The notes beneath the pieces were generated by a model. It was not told where the DNA came from and did not search any database. It saw only the letters and a program-made list of their open reading frames with translations. DNA of 63,904 bases, counting the filler, from Folioceros fuciformis (taxonomy: Eukaryota), in assembly GCA_049999805.1 (NCBI GenBank). It is 6 parts of 6 records of this genome, joined end to end, with 100 filler letters (N's around TTAATTAATTAA, not from the genome) between each part and the next. Parts side by side here need not be neighbours in the genome. Positions count along the whole stretch, not along the records: positions 44,822 to 57,993 come from JBNGIO010004584.1; 5 more parts are not named here. The stretch is one strand, 5' to 3'. Both the position numbers and the translations under genes were made by a program. Positions 45,929-58,093 of this stretch are shown one piece after another (positions within the stretch are counted from its first letter, which is position 1; every line of letters begins with the position of its first letter).

Positions 45929-47694
45929 ATGGACGCGTACCGAGCATGGGTGCTCCGCAATCGCCAATGGCTTGGCTCCATCGAGAGAATTGCAAATGTA
46001 TCGAAGCATCTCGGTGGTATCAATCATGAATTCGTGTATTTCTGGCCGGCTGATTCACTTGTGAGGTCTGTCCGATTTTGCAGACAATGACATGGCTGCT
46101 CCCGGAACGCGTCTCCAGCTCTGAGCTCGCACCGGAAGCTGGTGAATGACGAGTGTCTTATTTGATGCGGTGGTTTTTGCTGGTTTGCTTGGTGTGGAAC
46201 GTCTCTGAGGCGGAAGGAATTATTTTTTTTTGTTTTATTTGTTCTTGGCAGTCTCCACTGTGCTAGGGCTGCTCAGCATCACCAATGACCATATTATAAA
46301 AGAAGCCTCCAGTTCGGCAGCTGCGAGGGCAGTAGTGGGGGTGCAGCAAGCTAGGGCGGCAGTACCATGGCCGTTTTTCATTTCGCTGATGAAGGAGGTG
46401 GAGGTTTTCGTAGAGATGGCGTCGGAGCACTACGGGGGCAAGGACATGAAGTGGAACGCAGTGGCGACTGTTGAGGGTGTCAAGTAAGTGAGGCATTTTT
46501 GCTTTTTTGTATCTGGATTTTCGTAGGTGCGCGGGTTGAGTTGAGTTGGATGGCCATTTTCAGGGCTTTGATGCGTCTGATTATATTGCATAGAAGCGGG
46601 TATAATATGCTTCTTGACGGTGGATCAACTGAGAACAGTGGAAAGTCGTGTGAGCCTTCTCACCCCCGGAAGGTAGAAGGGCCGGCTATGAAGGCTATGT
46701 CGAAGTTCGGTAAAACTGTCACAGCCGGACGTGAACCATCCTGGGTTTACCCTAAGCAAGTCTCTTGCCTTCCTGCTGAGAAATATCACGGTTCGTTACC
46801 TTTGTATTTCTGGTTGTCTGTCTTGTGGACAGTTGTTAGCTGTTTTGTATGCAGTTTTCTGGACTTCCCCGTTCAGCAAGCGTGAGATATGCAGCTGGAG
46901 TGCAACGTCAACAGTTGTTGTGTTTTGGTCCCTCACAGCTGCTCTGAATGGCGGAGTAGCCCAACCAAACCCTTTGAGGTGGTCGGGGAGGGTCACAGCA
47001 TCCGTGATGGCGGAGGTGATGCTTATTGCAAGGCCACTGCTGTATGTGCTACTCATCAAGCGATATGGCCTCAAGTCCTGGAGACCTTGGCTCTTGTCCC
47101 TTATGGTGGAAGTGGGAGGAGTGACCCTGTTGCATCATCTTTATACTCATCACCGATGCGGTCAGGGATCTGGCGATGCTTCTGATCTGAAATTGAGTGA
47201 GCCTGCTCGGTTGACAGATGCTGAACAGAGGGAGGTGAGTGGTGAAAGCCTGAGTTGTTGACTGTTTGCCTTCCTCGAAGCAGTCAGTGTTCACCAAGTC
47301 TTGTGAATGGCAGCTAAGGAGGAGACAACTACTATTGGCTTTCTACTTAATGCGAGACCCTTTCTTCGACACGTACAGCAGGTATGCCTCTTCCTCTCTT
47401 GCGCAATAGCCTTCAACAAGTGGTCGCTGGCCCATAGATCACGGTAGGTGCCTCTTTGATTAATTGCAACGTCAACTGTTTTTGCAGGAGGCCTCTTCGA
47501 GCGATAGAGCACGTCTTAAAGCCAACTCCGTTGATAGGTGGACTCGTCGGTAAGTCTCCAAACACAAATACTCTACGCCTGCCTGTCTTTTCTTCGTTCC
47601 TGGGACTCACCTGCACGGTTGTTTGTACACAGGTAAGGCTGTAGAGCTCATTCAAGGGGTGCAATCTTTCTATATGTACACCTCAGCCTCCTGA
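45929..47694 (+). CDS. PEX16: Peroxisome biogenesis protein PEX16 (SSE1-like), multi-exon
   Basis: MDAYRAWVLRNR, TWLLPER..SELAPEA, KWNAVATVEGVK, IARPLLYVLLIKRYGLKSWRPWLLSL, YLMRDPFF, C-terminal YMYTSAS*. Confidence 0.93.
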
Positions 47695-49528
47695 GCAGAC
47701 CACAACATTGTCCCAAGTACTTGGGACTTACTCCGATTCAGACGTAATGGTCAGTCTCATGCCATTGTGTTTAACTTCCTCAAGAAGATGATCTCTATCC
47801 GAATCTAATGCGGAGTGCTCAACATCTATCAGGAGGAGGTGCTCTCATTTACTGTAACATAGACACACAACCCACCCAGTGGTTGAACCTTTCTCGTCAC
47901 CAGGGGAAGCTAGGTGGAAGGCATGTGGCGGAGATGACCCGTGGGAACACAGAAGTTGCTCTTTCACGCAGCGTCTTGTCTCCAAACTATGGCGCTAGTG
48001 TTTGGTTCGAAGAACTGAGACAGTAGGTGTACAGAGATGGTTGCAGTTGAGCTCGTTGACTTAATATCAGGCACTTTCGCCTCTAGCAGTCTGAAGCATT
48101 ACCAAGGCGAAGCAACCATGGTGCCCGTGTTGTCCAGCCTTGATATGCGGATCGTGATTGGCTATCACTCACAAGTGTATCGCAGGCCAATTTACTGTAT
48201 GCGTGGAGTTTATGGAGATGAATCAAGACGCGGTGGCTGAGGATTTCTGAACAGATGGGTGTATCCAGCCCAGGTGCAAGGTAGGCCATTGTGTGGTCGC
48301 GAGGAGCTCCCGGCCAGAGTGACAGAGGCCTGTGTGACTCACGTCACTCACCTTCAACTTGGGGCTTTGAGCGTACATTTCACGACACCGTCATATCTTC
48401 GTATCCTGGGAAATGTCACATCCTTTACTGCAGTGTTCTTATCAAAATATGCGTAGCTGGGTACGAGTGACACTGTCTTCCCTCAACCCAGCAACAGATC
48501 GTTCCCGGGTATGTTTTAACGAAAAGAGCAAGAAGTCAATTTTTAGTTCTTACTTCATGAAATAGATATATCTTCATTCCACACGAATAAGTTGAGAGAG
48601 GCCATATATTGCAAGTTCGGAGTCTACTGCATCGCGAGTGGTGGAGGAGCTGGCGAGGGTTACAGGACTAGGGCAACGGATCATGGCGGAAGCTGGAAGG
48701 CGATGCATTGGTGGAGAGCGCCGGATAGAGCTAAGCAGCCTGGCGTAATAAATTAGAGGCCAGCGTGTTTGAGATTCTCTCTGAGTCGAAGGGAGTGACG
48801 TGACGAGCTCCTGCTCGCTGTAACAGTCAATGCTGAAGAGTTTTTCTTTGAGAAACTTGCGAAATCGTGCTATTTGTTGCTGGCGACTCCACCCTGGATT
48901 TTTGATGCGGCATGCTTGGTTTCTGTTGTGAACTCTCAACTCGCCACGGTCGATCGGCCGATGGCTGGTGATTGAAGGAAGGAGGACATGCAGGAATGTT
49001 TGTTCCTCTTTTCTCTTCGATCTCTATCTCACAAGTTGCGGTGTACCAGTGTCATCGAGATTGGCTTTCGCCCATGTAGTGATAAACTTTTTCAATTGAG
49101 GAAGCTGCTTGCTTTTGCTTGGAAATCAAGCATTTGGATCGTTGTCGTTGCATTTGAATCCTCTCCGTGGGCTCATACCGCGATATGAGACGTGATCAGA
49201 GCACCACATGAGGGACCATCACCAAGAATAAGAAAAGGAAACTGGCACGATACGACAAGCTAGGTGTCATGGAAAATGAAAAGAAGGAAAAAGAAAACGA
49301 TACGAGAAGCCGAATACGATACGAGGGCTGATGCATCTTTCATGTATTTCATCTTTGAAAACACTGTTGAAAGTAGCCTCCTTGAATCCCTCTCGCATCT
49401 AGGGTTTACTCAGTTTTTAGAACCAGTTCCTTCAAGCACAGGCACGTCAAGGAGGAGGGTTCCGTCTGCTAGCTCCTTCCTCCTCTGCACCTGTGGAGCA
49501 CAGGTAGCGCCGGCTACGAGTGTTCACG

Positions 49529-50074
49529 ATGTTCAAGAAATTCACTTCGGAAGAGATCACGGCACAGAACCAGGTGAAGGCATCGGTGCAACGCAAGATT
49601 AGGTCTAGCATATCGGAGGAATACCCGCAGCTGGAACCGATTCTGGACGAGCTGCTGCCGAAGAAGGTGCCTCTGATTGTGGCAAAGTGCCAGAACCATC
49701 TCAATCTGGTTGTGGTGAACAATGTCCCTCTGTTCTTCAACGTGCGGGATGGTCCTTACATGCCAACGCTCCGCCTGCTGCATCAGTACCCCGACATCAT
49801 GAAGAAGCTGAGAGTGGACAGGGGCGCTATCAAGTTCGTGCTGGCCGGGGCGAACATCATGTGCCCGGGGTTGACGTCTCCTGGGGGAGAATTGGACGAG
49901 ACAGTGGACGCTGAGACTCCCGTGGCCATCATGGCCGAGGGCAAGCAGCACGCGCTGGCAATCGGATTCACCAAGATGTCAGCCAAGGACATCCGGAGCA
50001 TCAACAAGGGCATTGGGGTCGATAATATGCACTACCTCAACGACGGCCTTTGGAAAACTCTGCAAATATCTTGA
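49529..50074 (+). CDS. MCTS1: MCT-1/TMA20 PUA-domain translation reinitiation factor (181 aa, intronless CDS)
   Basis: MFKKF..QVKASVQRKIR, PTLRLLHQYP, VDRGAIKFVLAGANIMCPGLTSPGG, HYLNDGLW. Confidence 0.96.
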   Translation: MFKKFTSEEITAQNQVKASVQRKIRSSISEEYPQLEPILDELLPKKVPLIVAKCQNHLNLVVVNNVPLFFNVRDGPYMPTLRLLHQYPDIMKKLRVDRGAIKFVLAGANIMCPGLTSPGGELDETVDAETPVAIMAEGKQHALAIGFTKMSAKDIRSINKGIGVDNMHYLNDGLWKTLQIS

Positions 50075-50643
50075 TGTGTGAAGCAAGCATTCAGGAGTGG
50101 TGCGATCTGGAGTACAGACTTTACACCTTCTCCTTCTCCCTCCGCCCGATGGTTTCCCGTCCAGCCGCTTCCGGTTCTGTCATTTATGGTCTAGGCCCTT
50201 GAAGTCACTCTATTGAGTCGGCTCTGATGATGCGGTGTCCATCATCTGTTTGTCTTAAGGTTTTGCAGGAAGTCACCTCACAACATCTCCCTGCCGGGGC
50301 AGCAGGCTTGGACCTGGAAACGGGCGCTCTCCTTCTCTTAGCGGAGACCGGATGTTGTGTTGTTGCCAACGTGCCTCAACTTTGCGGCTGACAAAGTTGC
50401 CACTGATTCTTTTAGATGAGCTCGAATTGTACATAGAGCGAAGAGTTTTTATTTTCATAAATGGCAGTTGCTTTTTTCAACATTCCCGGCTTTAGTCTCT
50501 CCTTTTCTCCAAAGGACGTACAGCATGTTTGTGGCCTCTGCCGGCTTTTAGCATACAAGGACTTTCAAATTCGAAGCTCGGGCAATGCCAGGTGTGTTCT
50601 TGTAGAAAGAGAATACATGTCTGTTCTCCTTTCTATACGGTAT

Positions 50644-50799
50644 ACTATTATTTTGCAAGGCAAGGTTTTCTTATTAGGGAAAGCCGAAAGNNNNNNNNNN
50701 ACTATTATTTTGCAAGGCAAGGTTTTCTTATTAGGGAAAGCCGAAAGGTAGACTATTAGTTTGCAAGGCAAGGTTTTCTTATATTAGGGAAAGCCGAAA
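50644..50799. repeat. ~51-bp direct repeat x3 around a short N-gap
   Basis: actatta(t/g)tttgcaaggcaaggttttcttattagggaaagccgaaa repeated; may be partly an assembly artefact. Confidence 0.65.
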
Positions 50800-51025
50800 A
50801 TGGGTGAACCCAGCTACAACCAATACGTGAGTGTGTGCTGGACTGTGTAGACGTTCGCGCGGNNNNNNNNNNNNNNNNNNNNNNNNNNNNNNNNNNNNNN
50901 NNNNNNNNNNNNNNNNNNNNNNNNNNNNNNNNNNNNNNNNNNNNNNNNNNNNNNNNNNNNNNCGCCGGGATTTGGCACAGCTGTGAGGTTGCAGGAGGAG
51001 TTGGCAGAATTGCGGCTGGACCAGC

Positions 51026-53790
51026 ATGAACGACGGGTCGGGAAATTCATTGGCGGCGGGGCCCGATGGGAAGCACAGGAGAGTGGCCTACTACTATGAC
51101 CCGGATGTGGGCAACTACTACTACGGGCAAGGGCATCCGATGAAGCCCCACCGGATCCGCATGGCTCACGACCTGCTGTCTAACTACGGGCTGCTCCAGA
51201 AGATGGAGGTCGTCAAGCCGTACCGGGCCCAGGATAAAGACCTCTGCAGGTTTCATGCGGATGATTACATCTATTTTCTCAGGACAGTCACTCCGGAGAC
51301 GCAGCATGAGTTTGTCAAAAACCTCAAGCGGTTCAATGTCGGAGATGACTGTCCAGTCTTTGATGGACTGTATTCTTTCTGCCAAATATATGCAGGTGGC
51401 TCCGTCGGTGGCGCTAAAAAGCTGAATAGCGGGCAAGCTGACATTGCTGTGAACTGGGCCGGAGGTTTGCATCATGCTAAAAAATGCGAGGCGTCGGGGT
51501 TCTGCTATGTGAATGATATTGTGCTGGCTATTCTGGAGCTCCTCAAGTATCACCAGGTAGGGTTGGTTTGGTTGGTTTGGAGATGTTCGGTTGTGGCGAT
51601 AGCTGGTTTGATTCGCGGTTGTTTCTCTGCAGCGAGTGCTTTATATTGATATCGACATTCACCATGGGGATGGAGTGGAGGAAGCCTTTTACACCACTGA
51701 CCGTGTCATGACGGTCTCGTTTCACAAGTTTGGAGACTACTTTCCTGGAACAGGGGATGTCAGGGACGTGGGGCAAGGGGCTGGGAAATATTATGCAGTG
51801 AATGTTCCTCTGAACGACGGGATCGATGATGACACGTACCAGTCTTTGTTCAAACCCATAATGCAGAAGGTGATGGAAGTGTACAGCCCAGGGGCCGTTG
51901 TCTTACAGTGTGGAGCCGACTCGCTGTCTGAAGACAGGCTGGGTTGCTTCAACCTGTCAGTCAAGGGGCATGCGGAATGTGTGCGGTTCATGCGATCGTT
52001 CAATGTACCACTGCTACTTGTTGGAGGTGGTGGCTACACGATAAGGAATGTTGCAAGGTGCTGGTGTTACGAGGTAATATCATGCTTCCACGAGGTTCCC
52101 TTTATCCTAAGTTAGGTTACCTGTTTGCCGTCAAGATCATTGACGTTTTTCCCGTTGTTTATGTGGGGAACAGACAGCAGTAGCTGTAGGCGTGGAGTTA
52201 GAAGACAAAATGCCATACAATTCTTACTATGAGTATTTCGGACCAGACTACACTCTCCATGTACCTGCCAGTAGCATGGAAAATCTTAACTCTAGACAGC
52301 AGCTGGACGAGCTCAGGTATCTGTTCCATGGTGTAGCTTCAGGACGTGTTCGCATTGGTAGAAAGGTTTCTTTGCTTTACTCCCCGTCCTTAGACATTCA
52401 GGAGAGTTGAATCTCCTTTTTGGTTGTTACAGAACCGCCCTGCTTCAGAATCTTTCACAACTGAGGGCCGTACCCAGTGTCCCCTTTTCTGAGAGGCCGC
52501 CGGACAATGACTTTTCTGAGGTATCACTTATCTGAAAGTCTCATGGTTTAAGCTCTTGGTGTCGTAACTGGTGCATCTTAACTGGTCTTGACATTTTACA
52601 AGCTCCTTTGAACTTGTAGGATGAGGAAGATATAGCAGACATGGAAAGCAGAGGCAAAGGCAGATACGGTAGTGGGTCTTCATTGGACTCTGATGATGAC
52701 ATGGTCGAGCGAAAACAGCGAAATTCTCATTCAGAGGCAAATTATCCTCATCGGCCAAGGTATGACTTCAGGTGTACGCCTTTGTAGAGCCGTAGGTTTT
52801 GAGTAAGTGAACCATTGAAGACCTCATTTCTGTTAGTTTTGATTCCAGAGTTATCTCAGGGAGGGGAGAGACAGCGGCTAAAGTCAAACGAGATGTCACG
52901 CACGCCGCTGCTGTGGTTAGCACGGGCATTGTGTCCTATGTTTGTGCTTTCTCTGCATTTTGTACATTCCATTCACATGCCCTCTTTCGGCAGGAGTGTG
53001 ATGAAGAGCGTGATCCTGGAGCACGTATGTCACGGGTACGTATGCATCGACGTGGAGAAGAGGCCAGGCCAGTCCAAGAAGGGGAAGACGTTACAGAGGT
53101 GAGTTTTCTCCAGGACCTGAGCAGCGATCCAAAAGAGCTCCGTGAACCGCTGGGCATTTCCTGGATTCGGCATACCCTGATGGCAGTGGGATCACCACCA
53201 ATAGGCGGCCATGCATGTGGTGCAGTTGTCTTGACTGAGGATTGTTTGAACAAATGGGTTCACTAGTTGTGAATTTGTGTCCTTGGCAGCCCATGGAAGT
53301 CGAAATGCGGCAAGCTGAGCCAGCTGGAGAGACGACTGATGTTGAAATGGGGGAGCCACGAGAGGAGCTCTCTGTCCGCACATCGAGTTCAACATTGACG
53401 GAGCTTAATTCAGCAAACTCTGTGGACGGGAAGTCCTCAAATTGTGGGGGAGTGAATCATGAGAGTGCAGTTCTGAGTGCAAATGCTGCTACACCTGCCT
53501 CATCCCACCATGCGTTGGTATCACTTTCAAGACCCAGCCTTGCGAGCTCCAGCTCGGAACGGGGGGTTTCAATTTCAGGAAACTGTGGTTCTCGTGCTGC
53601 TGGTTTTCATGCAAACTTGCTACCCAGGCCCACTATGGCTGCACCGAGCGTTAACCCTTCAGTTGGATCAGGAGCTCTAGGTGGGAAAGTTCAGCAACCT
53701 AGACCAACAAGCCAAGTTCCTAGACCAACAGCAGGAGCACCAGGGCATCATCCTGCTGCAAATGGTTCTCACTCATCCCCTGACTCCTAG
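51026..53790 (+). CDS. RPD3: Class I RPD3-type histone deacetylase (HDA19/HDA6 family), multi-exon; 3' exons tentative
   Basis: [75 protein letters not shown]. Confidence 0.95.
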
Positions 53791-54062
53791 TTCACGGTCA
53801 GCCTCAACATTGGCATCTGATACCGGAAACGATCTGATTAGGTTAGGAAGCTCTAACCTTGCCGTTGGGACGGCATTGGAAAATTTTGCACTCCTTCCCT
53901 TCGATGCTAACGTCGTCGCATTTGACGAATTGAATGAAGTCTGTTGTATCGCGAAACGAAGCGCCCGTTGTCTGGAGGCTTGAACATGTGTCTGCACACT
54001 TGTGTTCCCACGTTATCAACACCGACTCTCGCTGGTATTGGAGACGTACGCCTCAGGCCGTG

Positions 54063-55653
54063 TCACCACTTAAGCTTTATTGCAATTCTGCGGAGGTCTT
54101 TAACAAGCCCAATTGCCCTCAACTTGTCTTGCTGACGTAGACGAAGAGCCACAGCATTAGCATCCAGTCCTTCTGCAACCTTCTGATCATTTTGCTGCTC
54201 CACTGTGGAAAGGAGCTCATCCACCTCTCTGATAAAATCCACTCGAAGCAGCACGGTGTCGTCTTCCTCTTCTGGGGCATCGATGGGACCACGATGCTGC
54301 AGATGCAACCATTAGAACCGCCATTGTAACTCTAAAGATTGCGAAGAGGGCCCTGGCCCAAAATAAGACGTGGAGAAAATACGTACCTGGGAAAGATCAA
54401 AACCAGGACGACCTAGGATAGTGAAGGCATCCTCTGGAGGGAAAATGTCCAGCATGGTGCGGCGGCATTGCTGCAGCCATTCTTCGTGGGAGATGCCGTC
54501 GTGCAGATTCAGAAGCTCGTTTAGCAGAACCATTGCCAGACTGGATTCTCGTTGAAACACTTCCGTCTAGCACATGCAAAACAACGGTGGTGAGAACGGG
54601 TTGTGGCAAGAGCCAGACGATGGCTCAGTCCTGCAGGTATAACGTGTGTGGCGATGCTGCACATACTTGGATTCTCCGATACAATAAGTCAAGAGCCTGT
54701 GCAGCATCTCTCTCGTCCTGTCAGGGGGAAGGTTGACGAACATCCAACACAGACCTGAGCTTTTCACATCACCGCAGCAGGAAGAAGAGAGACGAGCAAG
54801 CACAAGACAGGGCACGTTACATCTTGCTGTGCAAGCTCCAGACGGTTCTTCACCACCAGTAGCACTAAGGGGGTGAGCTCACCCTTGTTGGCTGCCTCCT
54901 CTATGAGCTGGAAACACAAACACAATTGTCAGAAAAAAATCACACGGCACCAACATGCGCGCTGGAGGAAAGGGTTTGACCACCGACTTCTTCAACCCTG
55001 GATCCAGATCTGATGAGTCCAGCCACAAACTTCTTCGCCTTCTTGATCTCTTCTTGAGAAAAATCGTGAAGGCTCTGCTGGATTTTTCGGTAGGTGTCTG
55101 CGTGTTCCATCCCTTCGTTTTCTTCCAGCTCTCTCAACCTAGCAAATTCCTTTGATTCTTCTCGTCTTTGTCTTTGCCATTCCTGCCAACCACCTGATTC
55201 AGTGCTGCTTCCCACCCTGACCAGAAATATTTCTGCTACTATCTCATCATCCTGGCATGGCATGACATGACATGTCACGAACCTCATCGTTGATCATGCT
55301 CTCAGATGGAGCATCCTTAAACAGTGAACTACACAAGACTGCTTGCCGGTGTGCTTTCTTCCATTCTCGCCACCTGACAAGGCAACACCACACAACCTAG
55401 CCTTATCAGCTACAGGAAGAGCCAGCAACAGCTACAGGCAAAGGCAGAATGGCGCATGGCCGTACTGGTTGAAAGCTGGCCTGCAGCACAGGGATGTCTG
55501 CTGTTGTTGTTGCAGCACATGACTCGAACTCCCCGACTCCGATGGCAGCCACAATCTAGGCAGAGTTCGGGAACGGCAACTTGACGGATGCCCAAGAGCT
55601 GAGATCCGGCAACCTGCCGCCCGGGTGAGCAAGGAAGGCCGCGCTGCCGCCAT
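54063..55653 (-). CDS. PAC: PALE CRESS plastid protein, multi-exon
   Basis: Transit peptide MAAARPSLL, GELTPLVLLVVKNRLELA, ALDLLYRRI, LLNELLNLHDG, FPPEDAF, LLRVDFIREVDELL, C-terminal LKW*. Confidence 0.88.
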
Positions 55654-56084
55654 CACACCGTGTCCCGCCGTCTCGCTTCCATGGCGAAAATGGAAGAGAG
55701 TTTCGCCGCCTGAAAGAACGCTCTGCTCTCTGGATTTCAACAGCTCGCAACGAATCTTCCACTTTGTAAAATCGAATTCATTCAGACACCGATCTTCTTC
55801 TATCTGTGACTGTGCGCTGCCGGTCCTGGAATAATCTTGCAGATTGCAGACAGTTTGCTTTCACCCTGTCATGGGCTGGTTGTCGGGTTGCAGACTAATC
55901 ATCGTCATGATCAGGTGGAAGGTGCAGTTTTGAGGGGGGTCGGAAGGGGGAAGGAAGGGGGGGGAGGCGGGAGCAGGCGTGGAGGAGAGTGAGGAGCGAG
56001 GGATATCCGGGAGCTCAGCAACGGACTGTAGCTGGTTTTAGCGTAGCCTTCGTGGGTCACTGGCCGTGCCCACCAGGAAGAACC

Positions 56085-57474
56085 ATGGCCGCTGCGGCGA
56101 TGCAGCAGATCAGGCACAGTTCATGCTGCACCCTGAGCAACGCAAGCAGAGGCCTTGCAGGTGACGATGGCAGGAATCTTGCCTCTACCATGAGCTTCAG
56201 GCTGGGCCGCGCGATGGTGCCCATGCACTTTGCTCAGTGTTTCTGCACTACCAGTCATCGGGGAAGGCGAAACAGGCCCGCTCGACGATCCCACACCCAA
56301 GCAATTGCCGTGACCGAGATTTCGGTGTCCGACTCTGTGGGTCTTGGCAGCTCACACTGCACCCGGCGACTCATTCTCCTGCGTCATGCTGATAGCTCCT
56401 GGGCAGATCGGTCCATCAAAGGTGCTTGTCGCTCACAACACTGCAATCTTGGGATTCATGGTTGTTGTGCTCCTCATGCCAAGCGCATGTGCCACGTGGA
56501 GTCCTGTGCGGTGTCAGGGAGTCTCATGTCCGTGGTGTGCTTCCCGTGGGCTGTGGTGTGTTGGCAGGCATTTGACGCTTTGCTGCTATAGGCCCTTCGA
56601 CCTGTGCTTCATTGGATTGTGCAGTTCTGCAAATTTCTTTCCTCTGTTGTTGCTGCCAGTGCGAAGGAAGGCTAACCGAGCTATTCACTTGCTGGATGGC
56701 TGGCTAAATGGAGGCCAGATCATCTTAGGCCATTGACTAAGCAGGGGCGTCAAGCTGCTGCTGGCATTGCTTCCAAGCTCTGGGGCAGAGGCTTGTTTCC
56801 AGACCTCATCTTGTGCAGGTACGATGCGCATACTTCACAACGTGCCCGAGCTTCATCACCTGTCCTTTTGCCTTTGCATGGCCATCTGCTTCTTAACCCT
56901 TCCCTTCAACCTTGCCATTCCAGTGATTCCATAAGGACCAGAGAAACACTGCAAGTGATGCAACAACATGTAGGAGAGCTGGTGAAAGCTCAAGTGTACT
57001 TCCTTGCCAGCTTCTATTCAGTCTCAGCCATGGATGGCCATACCGCAGAGCACCTTCAACGCAGCATCCTCGACTACTCGTCCGACGACATGAAGACCGT
57101 CATGTGGGTCTGTTGTATATTTCCTCACTGCTCAACCGTGCCTTGTGCCAGCTATAAGCCCTCACACACGTCCTTCGTAAATCAGGTGCATGGGCCACAA
57201 CCGAGGCTGGGAAGAGGCAGCCAGTGTGTTGTCAGGCATCCCTGTGGAGCTCAAAACTGCTAATGCTGCTGTGCTGGAAGCAAATGGTTCCTCCTGGGAA
57301 GAAGTATGCCACCCAACCTGCCCTCTCTCTCTTCACATCTCAAGCTGCCCTGCTTTCAAAACTTTCTAACCAGTGTCTTCCCAGGCTTTCGAGCTTGCAG
57401 GCCAAGGCGGATGGACCCTTATCGATGTTGTCAAACCTGACCTCAGTGACGATTCCGAGGATGTCCTGATCTAG
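56085..57474 (+). CDS. Plastid-targeted SixA-like histidine-phosphatase superfamily protein, multi-exon
   Basis: RRLILLRHADSSW, DHLRPLTKQG, PDLILCSDSIRTRETL, CMGHNRGWEEAAS; stop TAG 57472-57474. Confidence 0.9.
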
Positions 57475-57883
57475 ACCCTGAAAACTGTCCTGTCGAGCAA
57501 ATGTGCCACTTGCTTCCTCTTGCCATCGTCCTGTACATCCACCTGGGGCAAAAGTATCGTCACGTAAAGAATTAACTTGTCCGCTGGCTACCCTGAACTC
57601 CAGTGTACTTGTATCTGTGGCTTGAATGGGACTGTTGGACCTCAAAGCACAGCGCCCCTGTCCCTCTACGCTGCCTTCTAGGTCAACATGACCTCCCGAA
57701 GTGCTTAAACCTGTACGCTCTCGATAAGTTCCTATATCTGTCTTATCTCGCCAAGTGCTTATCGCGAAAACTGCTTTTAGCAATATTCGTTCTCCGAAGT
57801 TTCACTCCACTAGCACCCTCTTCTCACGTCCAAAGAATCGGATCTCTGCTTCTTTGGATCTCTGCACATAATTTGTAGGATTC

Positions 57884-57993
57884 GAGCATGCGACCTTCAC
57901 ATTGTACCCTGAGCATGCGACCTTCACATTGTACCCTGAGCATGCGACCTTCACATTGTACCCTGAGCATGCGACCTTCACATTGTACCCTGA
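57884..57993. repeat. Perfect 27-bp tandem repeat x4 running into a gap
   Basis: gagcatgcgaccttcacattgtaccct at 57884, 57911, 57938, 57965. Confidence 0.95.
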
Positions 57994-58093
57994 NNNNNNN
58001 NNNNNNNNNNNNNNNNNNNNNNNNNNNNNNNNNNNNNTTAATTAATTAANNNNNNNNNNNNNNNNNNNNNNNNNNNNNNNNNNNNNNNNNNNN

